From: Phoronis australis
Lineage: Eukaryota > Animalia > Phoronida
Reading direction: 5' to 3'
Assembly: GCA_002633005.1 (NCBI GenBank)
Contig: NMRA01000029.1
Location: 840,086-904,085, forward strand
Length of the DNA stretch: 64,000 bases
The notes below the pieces were generated by a model, which had not been told where the DNA came from, made no database searches, and was given only the letters and a program-made list of their open reading frames with translations. Below are positions 53,001 to 64,000 of the stretch, one piece after another. Position 1 is the stretch's first letter; every line of letters begins with the position of its first letter. The position numbers were made by a program, and so were the translations under genes.

Positions 53001-56000
53001 TCCAGGTCTCCGTTGCCATCCCAGTGGGGACTGTATAAATAGTCTCTCGACCGTAAACACGTATCCGAGATGATAAATTGAAGTCGACACATTCCGGTCG
53101 AGAATTGAAGTACATATCTTGTGTTAGCTACGTAAAGAGAAACACTGAAATGGAGAAAAATGAAAACCATGAAATTGTAGAAACAAGTGTAATGTTTCCT
53201 GTGCTGTTGGAATTTTTAATTACCTAAAAAGTGTGTGAGAGAAGTGCCATCAACAACAACATGCAGAGTGTCTATTGAATTGCGTACAATCTTGTTTCGT
53301 TCCTCCGCAGGTTGGTCAAAATATGGTATTCAAGGTAAAAATAGACCAAGCAACACATCTTCCCAAGAATTTTACAAACGTCTGGTGTAAATACAAACTA
53401 GCGCATCATGACGTCAAAACTTCTACCATGAAGGGACCGAATCCAAAGTTCCAACACGAGCAACTGTTCCGGTTCTCCAAGAGCGAGACGTCACACGAAG
53501 TAAGTAGATCACAATCATTTTATCGGACTGTATTGCAATTTGGAAAATTTCCATAAATTTTGCGCCATCTTGTTCCATGGAACGTTCACCTGTCTTGGTA
53601 ACCACCATCTATTCCTCTGTACACGTTTTCAAATTGCCTTTCAGATAACCATTTACTCATAATCCTGTTCAAATCTTCCACTTTGCCGGGACTGGGATGT
53701 GGGCGATGAGTGAAATTGTCACCACCTCACCATACGTTTTAAAATCATAAACGCAAGTTGTTAGAAATTTGGACATGGAAATTTTTTCTTGAATCTGAGT
53801 TCACTGTAGCTCAGTGGACATGAGCGACGCATAAGGGGTTTGTTTCACGTAACTGTTATGACTGAAACGGTGTTTTTACATAGGGTTGAAACGGAGTTAG
53901 GATCAGGCGCAAGCTTTGGCGTAATTCAATGTCTGTACTCTGTGTAAAAAGTATGGTAAAACTACAACGTTTTAGTGAAACGGGTCTAAGGTTTCGACGA
54001 CAGGTCGCATGTTACAACACGGTTGCAACTATTAATGTAGTTAGAAACAGCGAAACAAGCCAAGAGTTGGTTTTTGGTCATAAAATGATGTTCACTAACA
54101 CTTTAATTAATAAGAATTACGTTTTTTTTTCTAAAAGTACCTGCTTTTCAATATGCGTGTTTAACTTCAGTTCATCAACTACCTTCATTCGCAAGAAACC
54201 AATTTGTTGATTGAAGTGTGGGGAACCCAGGACGACCAGCGCCCCAACTCGGCCGGTTCAATTAGACCAAGAACGTCACTGGTGAGTCCATAAAAAACAC
54301 CATATTTTGGCATAAAATGTTGTGTGTCTACAGGTCTAGTTTTTAGAGGTCTGTTTTTAGGCTTGCACAAAGCTGACCTTGTAATATCTTGGCTCAAGAT
54401 AGGTCTCCCAGCCAAGGACAGGATAGGTGAAACAAAGTATATATGAAACCGTTATAAACCGGCTTTCTCAAAGAAAAACTTCCTACTTAGGCCATCTACC
54501 GTTATAAAACAACTGGCCTTAAACTGGCCCTTACTTAGATCAGAGGTGATATCTGAGTTTGTTGACAGTTCAATACTACTGGAAACTAGGTTCAATAAGT
54601 TGGTCAGATCAGGCTTTTCATGGGCTCAAGTGTGAACGATCGGTCACTTCTCCTCAAGCACAGAACGGGTATCTAATTGGAGGAGGAGACAAGCTAAAAA
54701 CCAATAATATATTGGGGAAAAAGTCTAAAACAAAAGCCCTTATGTCTTTTTGGATGAAGACGGGTTCAAAATAATCTTTGCTACCGCTATGAACTTTGAA
54801 AAAAGACACTGGGCATAGTAATTTTGTTTTCGCAACTGCAAAGTGGAAAAAACTGGTAAGTGTTAATAAAGCCCAAATATTTTGATCTACTTTCGTCTTT
54901 TCAACTGTTCTCCCTTTCCATGAAAAATAAACATAAACATTTCAATATAAAATATTTAATCCACCATTCCCGTTTTGTTCAAATTGTCTTACCACTTTAC
55001 CATTTAAATGCAAAAGTTGTGTATTGCAAAACAATTCTCAGTAAATCAATTACTTTTTTACATGTTTGTATCCCATTTTAGGGAGGGGAAGACAGGCAAA
55101 GACTACTGGCCGAGCTGAACACGTGGCGAGAAAAATCGGAGAAATATGAAGAGTGTTTGGTAAGTCAGCCTTGGTATAAAAACATTCAAGTCACTTGCAG
55201 GTCATGTTCATGGTCCAAGGTTTCACTACTTGGGTTTTCACAAACCTATAATATAGGCTTTTACATAGTAAAGGGATGAGTTCATGCTACGACCGGTATT
55301 GGGTTTTGATTATCAAACGTGACGAATCAATAACGCCTGATCCACGTTGTTGTTAAGACCTGCAATCGAAGCCTTTTTGTAGGATCTCGCAACCGTTGTA
55401 TAATACAATATGTCATTGTCTTTTGGTACACAAACTTGTTGCATACAATGTGTACGGATTTTTTATGCTCAACAGAGGGCGACAACTGCAATGTGGTGGT
55501 ATTTACAACAACGTCTGTAAAATCCTGCGAGAAGGCTTGTGCCATTACTCCTCTTACAACTGAACATTAAGTGGACCAGGCATGCAATTATTTATATTTC
55601 CTTGTATCAATTACTTAGATCAATTAAATTTTGCCTTGCAAAACTGGAAACGGTTTCACGCAAGTTATTTTGTTTCCAGAAACAAATCCTACATATCGCT
55701 GAGAAAAAGGCTGACTCCACTGAGGTGAGCTTTGTCGAATTCTTGGTTTTCGCAATAGGGATAATTAGGAGTACTGATGCTGGTTGCTTCCCAATACTGC
55801 CTCATTCAAACACAGAAGAATTGACATCGTTATTTATTTTGTGCACATATCAGTACCTATTTAAGCCTAAATAACACAAGACACTGTTTTCCTCCAAAAG
55901 AGGTCTCCACAAACCGTAAGAAAACGTGTATGATGATGGAGTAATTAACCTCCAAGAAAGTATTTGAATAAAAAAATTGAGAAACGAGTATTTTAAAGGG

Positions 56001-56198
56001 GTGTATTTTGTGTTTTTAACCTGAAAAAGCGTTCACTAGAAACCAGATAATAATACCCAGTATGACTTTTGGTCTTTGATTAATTGATAACTAGTTATTA
56101 GCTACCGTGTTAGGTATGTCAATGCTTCCCTAAAAACAACTATTTTGTTTCAGATGCAGAAAATTGTGAAACTAGCAACTAGAGCGACGAAGTCGTAA
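41019..56198 (+). CDS. KIF28P: Kinesin-3 family motor, KIF28P/KLP-6-like (~915 aa, 21 coding exons)
   Basis: Exons: 41019-41063 (followed by an AT-AC intron), 42422-42616, 44096-44228, 44630-44703, 45247-45355, 45734-45944, 46322-46416, 47153-47191, 47468-47599, 48318-48476, 49335-49450, 49993-50113, 50395-50584, 50842-50990, 51886-52178, 52679-52897, 53311-53499, 54171-54281, 55082-55159, 55680-55724, 56154-56198 (TAA). They total 2748 nt in frame. Motifs: [84 protein letters not shown] plus an FHA domain (GPSIHKNHA...VNG...LRHQDRILFG), DPFWEP and a C2-like tail. Confidence 0.9.
41064..42421 (+). other. U12-type (minor spliceosome) AT-AC intron
   Basis: 5' splice site ATATCCTTT at 41064-41072, branch-site-like TTCTTAAC at 42405-42412, and 3' AC at 42420-42421. 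Removal gives RVRPF|SPREINS, matching the kinesin RVRPF(N/S)xRE consensus in frame. Confidence 0.9.
43080..43167. mobile_element. 88-bp MITE with 20-bp TIRs and a 9-bp target-site duplication (Mutator-like)
   Basis: TIRs ctcgctggttctctgcgtgc / gcacgcagggaaccagcgag (1 mismatch); aatgcagac at 43071-43079 and 43168-43176; internal perfect palindrome ccagcacgcgtgctgg at 43109-43124. Confidence 0.85.
43185..43348. mobile_element. MITE with cgttcagta..gctaggacct TIRs and an internal 12-bp tandem repeat
   Basis: cgttcagtagaggctaggacct on the left pairs with aggtcctagcgttactgaacg on the right; (gctaggacctac) occurs 3+ times. Related diverged copies lie at ~46110-46233, ~50236-50330 and possibly ~41850-41970 and ~19660-19797. 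Confidence 0.75.
44304..44470. mobile_element. MITE (CAGGGACGGA...GCGCCACTG), copy 2
   Basis: Reverse-complement homologue of 34344-34501; ctatt flanks both sides. Confidence 0.75.
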
Positions 56199-59100
56199 CC
56201 AGGCAACATAACACGTGATCTTTGACACTTTACTAAGACGTCTGCATTCATCACACTGATAAATGTTACACAGTATTCATATTATTCATATTATCGCGGC
56301 AGGCCTTCTACGCGAAGACTAGTTGCCGTTGCTTTTATCTTTGTTACCCCTTTTCAAGAAATAAATCGTTACTTTTAAAACTGTTTCTTTTACAAGAGAA
56401 AACTTGCAACCTAACGCGCAAGTACATACATATAGGATGTGATCCGCCATGTGAACAGTCTGGGTGAAGTATTTGAAAAGTCTGACGAAAAAATATAAGA
56501 AACTTAGGAATTCGAAGCGCAAAATACAAAACGTACCTCGATTGGCGTACATGAAGTAATATCCTACTCGATCTAATTCCGCGGTCTCGATCGATACGCT
56601 GAATAAACTCTCGTGGGATATTACTTCATGTACGCCACTCTCGGTATGTTTTGTGTATATATAGCTTTGCACCGATGTGGGTAAAAAAGTGGTAAGATAA
56701 AATCTGACACAAAATTAGTGTCATTAAAAACTGCAATCTTCCTTGAGTAAACAAAACTATTTAACGGTGTTGGAAAAATGACGTTCTACCGTTACTCTGC
56801 TGCTAAAGTTGTGGAGCGATCTTTAGCGACGGCTTTCGGCGCCATGAAACATTGCGTCACTTATTGGCCAGTTTCTTTTTTCGATGATTCTTCAATCAAC
56901 TGTTGTTCTTTCACGAAGTTGCGTACACGTCACAACAAATTATAGGAACTGATTTCACTTCATTATAACTTTTTAGAATTTTGATACCAAAAAACCGAAT
57001 TTCAGAAAAAAATTTGCTGTTGCCAAGCTATCACCATTTTCCGAGAGATGTCGCAAAAATTTAGGAAATGGCGCGTGCGCGTGACACAAGCGTACTCTTT
57101 TTAAAACGACGACATACTTTTCATTGTTAGAAAAGACGGAGAGTTACGCAAGAAAATTACGTTTATTGCATTGTTTTTCACTTAAACGGCTGTAACGGAT
57201 AAGGTAACTGTCGTTTGATTCCCAAATTTTGCATGCACCCCGTCCGGTCTTTAGCTTTACATATTGATACAAGTTTCACGGTGAGGTGACGAGCAGAACT
57301 ACCCTGGCTGTGTGCAATTTCGGGGTCTACGGAAGAAATACACACAGTGGTACCTAGCTGTATTTTGACGACAGTCTTCATACAACTGGCTAGCTGGCTA
57401 GGTGGCCTTATGGAAGCCGGAGAATTTTCAGAGTTGAAATTTTAAATACTAACGAGGTTCTAAAATATTGGTAACATGAAGCAATATAAACCTGTCATAT
57501 AAGAAATTGCAAAGTCAAAATTCTAATGCTTTGGCTGAAATTCTCACGGAGTGCTGTTAGCGGGGCCTGGGAGATTTTGGCGTTTAGTCGAAAAGACAAT
57601 CACTGAAATGTATAAAGTTTAGACAATGGTATTATACAGTGATTAACCTTTTTCGTCGCTATAATTGTGTAGTACCTATTTTTCAGTTCCGGTTGTTTAT
57701 AAACATACAAGGCGATCAGCTGTCAAGGGGCCGCTCTCAGGCGAGCCATTACATCACTGCTTTCCCAAAGTTTTTAGTATAGGTCTAAAAATTCCTTGAC
57801 CCGACGCCACGTCATTTATTCTAACAAAAAGATTTGAGGCATGCGTTCGTGTGAAACACTTGAACACAAAGTAGAAAAAAAATAATAGAAACCCATGGAA
57901 ATCGATGAGCATACAAACAGCAGTATGTGTGCATGAAAGTCGTGTCATTGTATGCAACAATTGACAAATAAAATTGTACATGTTTGTGTACATGTGTGTA
58001 TTCGGAATTGAGGGCATAAGTCAGTTTGAATAAAAGGTGGCAGCAGAATTATGCAAAACGATAGAGTTATAATAACTGATATGTTAACATTAAGTATTTC
58101 AATGAAGAAAAGAAGAATGCACGACACCAAAAACACCCTGTACTGATTGGTAAGGCACGCACATATGGTGTATACATCGGTTACCCGCGTGCGTCTGCGA
58201 ACACCACTGTTTGCTTGGGCGGCCGAACCCGGAGGTCGACGTATGCATTTGCACAGGCCCAATTTCCCGAAAGGTGATTGGAATTGTCTACTTCAGGTTA
58301 TACCAAGGAATAATGATTACATTAATATGCAGACGTTTTTTTTCAAAAAATAAAACGCATGTAAGGGGTGTTGAGGTGTCTCAAGCAAAATTACTTCAGT
58401 GATATGCTACTTTTCTTTAACTGTCTAGTATTACCAGGACGAGATAACCACTTCCTGGTATTACTTGTCCTAGTGTCTAGTTGATCTTAGCGTGGCGAAC
58501 TGGTAATTTGTACAGTTTGAAACGACATGGTCACACAGTTCAAAATGTTGTGCTATAAACTCTGTTGTAAAACAACTTGACACGCCGCGGAACTAGTTTT
58601 AAAAAGGCGTTCGCATTATCAATTTTTACGCCACTCAATGTACTCCTTTTATGCGACCATGACGTGGGGAAATCGCCGTTTTTTTCTGTCAATAACAAGC
58701 ACACTTCCATATTGTCGGCCATCCAGAAGGAGAAGGACAAGAAAAATGTTTACACAGAAACAACACATTGAGATACTGTTACCAGTTCAAACAACAAAGT
58801 TTTGATTTATTACAATTTTTTTTCAAAATATCACCATCAGTAAAATCATACCGTGACAGTAAAAGGGAAATGTCTAGCAGGTACAAAGTTACTATACTGT
58901 ACTGGTACCATGCATGCACTCCACTTCAAAGAAGTCAGATTTCAACCAACTACAAGTTAATCCCTCAATTCAGTTGAATCCGACATTTACTGGCACACAA
59001 TTATGTTACTAGTACATTTATATTGACAACACCCCGCCACAAAATAAATAAAATCATTATGATGACAAAACTCAATGGTCGTAAACTCTACCTTCCCTGT

Positions 59101-60356
59101 CTTACATACCCAGGTATTAATACTCTGTAAACATCAGAAGGCCATAAACAGGACAGAATACAAAAATGATGGTTTTCCTCAATGAAGACAGTTGCAGATT
59201 TTGAAAGCTCGCCAGGCAACAGAACATTTGCCCAATCTCTTGAAATCTACCGAAACAACCTATCTACCGTCTCAATATAACATTGTGGGGTGTAGCATTC
59301 TTGAGATATCCTTTCCTTCGATCCTGTTCTATTCTTAGTAACCTGGCTACATTAATAAATCTTCGATTTGATGTCCACTCTGTAAAAATACACAACTATT
59401 AATCTTTTTGTGTTTTTTCGTTGCTAGACTCAGATATCTTGGTCACTAAACCCTTAAAGACATATCGGACTAAGAAGGAAAGTCAAGTAAAAGACCATGA
59501 AACATCGACTTAAGTGGGTGTTCTAGGTACCAAATTAACTTGAACAATATTGTTTCTGCGATGGGATTCTCACTCATAAAATCATTTTATTTCAGTTTCA
59601 ATTTTTAAACCTCGAAAGACAAAAAAATTATATCATTGATTCTGGGTCTAATCTTTATACTAGAAATCAAACTTTATTTTTTATTTTTTATGTTTTCTGC
59701 TACAACTAAAGACCCTTTAATTCTGTGCTCAAGCACGCAATGATTTTCTTGGATGATTTTCAAAAAATCCTAGTTTGCACTTGATGATACTAACATAAAA
59801 GCTATGAGTTTTTACTTGAAATCTCGTGTTGTTACCAATAGTGGTTCCTAGATACTACACGTACAGTACACACGCATCTCGACTAACATGGTTCATCAGC
59901 AAGATGGCGGACCACGTGACTTCAACTCTAGTTATATTTATCTCATTGGGTTGAACTTTGTGAGGGCTACGCAAAAAAATGGATTATTAAGGGTCCTCAG
60001 ACAATTGAAAACAAATTCTGACTGACCGTAAATATGGCTAATATTTTTTCAAAAACAAAAACAAATAACACATACATAAACAGTGAGCACTAAAATCACA
60101 CGCACAGATACGCTCACGCAAGCCACCTGCTTCCCTTAATAATGTAAAATATGTCCACAGTTCCAGTATATCAATATACTGGTAAGAGCTGTAGACTCAA
60201 TCATGAGAGGTTCCACAAACACATCATTAAGTAATTGTAGTTTTCAAACTTTCTTACAAATGCATTTTCACATAGATGTATAGTAGATATATAGAAATAT
60301 CATGAAAAGTTTCATTTACAAAAGAAACAATACAAGATGTTCATTTTTAAGCGTCC

Positions 60357-60359
<3 letters not shown>

Positions 60360-60411
<52 letters not shown>

Positions 60412-60478
60412 NNNNNNNNNNNNNNNNNNNNNNNNNNNNNNNNNTGTGCGTGTGCGTGTGCGTGTGCGTGTGTGTGTG
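60360..60478. repeat. (GT)n / (GTGCGT)n microsatellite with an assembly gap
   Basis: GT run 60361-60411, N run 60412-60444, then tgtgcg repeats. Confidence 0.97.
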
Positions 60479-61959
60479 TACATTGGCCCTCTTACGGCAT
60501 TCTTAGTAACATCTTATCTTCCGTAAGGTTTTAGAGGAACAAATATCTTCAGACATGGCGCCCGAGGGAGTACAACAAGTGAGTCAGTATTCAGAAGCAC
60601 ACATATCGAACTTTTCTACAAATTCATGAGCTGCTGCGATCCGCATAATTTTTTATAGTTCACGGAACGATTTATATTACCCTGACAAAATGTGCCAATG
60701 TCGTGAGACCAAGAGTGTCTCAAGTTAAATTTTGCATTGCCATACAAATTTCTTCAGAACGTCGTTAAAATTTATGCCCCCTCCACGAATGTCTGCGAAC
60801 TCCGGGATTCGTAAGAGCTGAGAGATTCCCATGAACCCATTTTTTGCAAAAATTCTTTGTGACCGCGCGTTAAAAAGACAGTATCGGTTTTTGCGGTCGA
60901 AAACGCATTTTTATGATTTTTGTTGGATTGGGGGAGACTTTTTGAAGTTACGATCTCTTACCAGAGCTACAAAGCAACTAAATCCGTTGTGTTTTTGTGA
61001 TTTCGTTACTTATCGGCAATTTCTCGCCGATGTTTGCCAGACATCCGTTGAAATCAAAACCAGTGACATTACCGGTTAAATACGCTTGAAATAAACTCAT
61101 TTATGGAGTGAGATTTAACCAAAAAAATTTGAATCTGCGCTGAGGCTGATCTCGAAAAATCCCTTTTCTCATCGATAGTGTGTCTTTAAAAGCGTTTAAC
61201 TTACATCCATTTATCATTCTAATCCTTATATTTACAACGTAACTATAAAAACATGACGCACAATTTCAATTTAAAGTCCATCCCCTCCGGTCAAGGCCCA
61301 AAAATAGTCGTTAACCAGTCCTTGCCAGTGTACACTATCCGATTAACGGTGATGAGATTACAAACTTTGAGTACATGCTCACAGTAGTTGAGAGCTCTTG
61401 AAGCCGTGTAATTCCTCATCTATGGCAACATAAGTGCATGTTTTAGCGTTATTCATTTATTGCGATACTGGACAGAAAGGGCTGTGGGGAGATTCCGACG
61501 TTGTCTGGGAGAATCTCAGAAGTCTAAATTTGAGACATTCTCGAACATACGGGACTATATTTCATCGTTCTACAATCGTTGTATAATAAGTGCATTTGAT
61601 CGTTTGTTGGGTGATTTGATTGGCATTTTTTATTAAGATTATATTCAAATCTGTTAGGTAAGAGTAATTATTACTTTGGGACGTCCCGTCTCCGACTATT
61701 GGAAGTGTGGAACGTTTTTGTGTGTTAGTGTGACGGTCACAAAAAGTGGACTCGTGAAATGAAATGACTTAATATTATAACTACGCAACCACAAAAACAA
61801 CTACTTGTCATAAACTATACTCTGATAATATAATATTTTGGGTGAACAGTAAATTTCAAAGTGGTTTCACCAAACCTAAACAAAGCCCTATACAATATCT
61901 CGAAAAGTTGAGAAAAAACCATAGCGGTAATTTAAGATTCTTACGACCGTCACAGATGA

Positions 61960-62190
61960 ACTCAAACAGTAATAACAGTAACACGAATAATAAAAACAAA
62001 AACTCATTTTCTTTGTCTGCGTCTTATTATTAGTATAGTAACAATAACACAATAACAATAACAATGCTAATAATATAATATATTATTATCATTGTTGTTG
62101 TTACATCTACTAGTACTACTACTACTATCATTATTATCTTTTTTATTATTTCTAATGCTGTTCTTGTTATTGTCACTATTATTTGTTTGT
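61960..62190. repeat. AT-rich low-complexity trinucleotide-like tract (AAT/AAC then TTA/CTA/TTG)
   Basis: aataacaataac... followed by ttattatc/ctactacta/ttgttg runs; explains the poly-Asn and poly-Leu ORFs. Confidence 0.7.
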
Positions 62191-64000
62191 CAGTGTTATC
62201 AACAAATTGTCATTCTTAAGAGCTCTCAACAATCACAATATAACAACATAATTATAAAATTGGTTGCAGGCAGTATAACGAACATTATCTTATCCCATAA
62301 CATATTCTTATATTTGCAACACTAAAATAACCTTTTTGATGAATCGTGAATTGATTTTGAAAAAATTCTAAAAACCACTTTGTAATGTAGATTTAAACTG
62401 CCATCCAAATACTTATCCGCCGCATGAGAGTACCTCGTCTATAATCGAAAATCCGCCACGCGCCGTACGACCCACCCAATGCCCTTCGACCGCTGCGGGT
62501 GGAGTCATGCGGTTTCAAAGGCATAGATACTCGTGTGCCGCGTCTGTATCAGTGTACCAGTTTTGTGGTTTGCAATGAACTGTTAATGGGTGAGTAAATA
62601 TCTACTGAATACACACGAGTGATAACCTCAGTTAAAACTCGAGAAAAACATCTACGTCCACAGATGATTTGCTATTGTATTCTTGAAACTTATTTCCAAA
62701 ATTGTCAGTCTTTGTCGTTCCAGTATAGAACAAGCAAACATCATTCTAAATCTGTAGAAAAAATTTGTCACTTTGTTTGTGCACGATTATATTTTAAAAG
62801 TTATTAGATTTTAATATTTTATTATGAGATTAGTTGATGTATTTTAAACGGTGTGGAAAATGAAACTAATACCGGTTTGAACGTAGAATCATTATATTTA
62901 ATTTCTGGGCTAAAACTAAGTAACGCCATTTTAAATTACTAATGTTTTAAGGAAACCTTTCGGGAAATACTCTTTTGTCCAAAGTACGATAAAAGCATAT
63001 AATGCCAAACGTATGCATACATAATTTCAAATGTGAATGTCTGCATAATTCGCTATTTTAAATAAACATGAACAAAAGACGGGTGTTTAGAAATTAAAAA
63101 AATAATTGCGAGCGCAAGACTTGAGTTTTGTCTCTCCATTTTGTCGCCTGATTAGTGATAAACAAAGAGTATGTTAACAAAAATTAGTTACACACTTAAC
63201 GACCTGGGTTTCATGGAGTTTTTCCAAACGCGTATCCTAAAATATCAATAAAATGACTTCGTGTAGATTTAAAACATAAAAACACTGAAACCGAAAGCTC
63301 TTAACTACAGACCCTAGATGATTTCTCCAGGTATGTGTACGTGGTGACCCATCGGCAGGGTACCGAAACAGTTGCACTTATCGACACGTATTCGTTGGAT
63401 ACCGTGTGTTGTATATGTGTTATGACGTTCATTGATACAACACTGCTTGGTAGAAAAAAATGGACTATACGTCACTTGCCCAACACTTTGCTTCTGCCCA
63501 ATTTGCAATGCAATTGCTCGTTGACCCGCACGCGTGCGCACGAATGTGCACATCTAAGGTACGTACGCGCATGACTTCATAGAACACCTGTTAAATGAAG
63601 AACAGTGTGAACGGGAAACCTAGAACATAAAATATTTTGTTTGATTTGTTTATTTTGACGATTAAGCATATTTCTTTCCATTGCTAGTACAAAATTTGTC
63701 AGCAATTGGCTATAAAAATCCATTGGCCAGATGTAGTTATCCGTAGATTTTGTTTGACGAACCGTGGCAATGTTCCCAACATTCAATTGTAAACTTTCAT
63801 GGAAAACACTTTCTTGTCTCTTTACAAAAATCGCTATCTCCATCCCAAAAGTGGCCAGGCACTTGCACTGGGCCGAGGTCCTTAGGTACAACAGGACCCC
63901 CCATAGACAAAGACCAAGTGTTATCGCCCGGCCCACCAAAGACCGCCAATGGGTTATTTAATCCACTGATAGCCCCCACTAGCCATTATAGATAAATTAG

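Noticed and set aside
58150-58290. GC-rich patch with a GAAA-capped hairpin, possible ncRNA
   Set aside because: No match to an RNA family I can recognise; it would need an Infernal/Rfam search.
61842-62325. Poly-Asn and poly-Leu ORFs
   Set aside because: They come from low-complexity AT-rich trinucleotide sequence.

Overview
Eukaryotic (animal, probably marine invertebrate) genomic DNA with spliceosomal introns, so the ORF track is mostly exon fragments and noise. I could reconstruct four genes by hand with consistent splice phases. (1) The 3' ~1,030 codons of cohesin subunit SMC1A (+, 20 exons, 1750-17403; N-terminus lies upstream of the window). (2) A SOUL/heme-binding-protein-2-like gene with a signal peptide (+, 22599-24916). 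(3) An uncharacterised ~1,240-aa gene (-, 36831-26754) with an MGNACC acylation motif, a Ser/Lys-rich disordered half and ~6 exon-encoded helical repeats; all its coding introns are phase 0. (4) A kinesin-3 of the KIF28P/KLP-6 type (+, 21 exons, 41019-56198) whose first coding intron is a U12-type AT-AC intron with closely offset U2-type sites. Non-coding DNA holds minisatellites, several MITE families, a non-LTR retrotransposon 3' remnant and a (GT)n repeat with an assembly gap. The most unusual pattern is the repeated copying of exon 3' ends plus their splice donors into the following introns of SMC1A; one copy is in frame. There is also an apparent CpG-poor to CpG-rich boundary at the end of SMC1A. 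All coordinates and homologies were read by eye; no searches were run.
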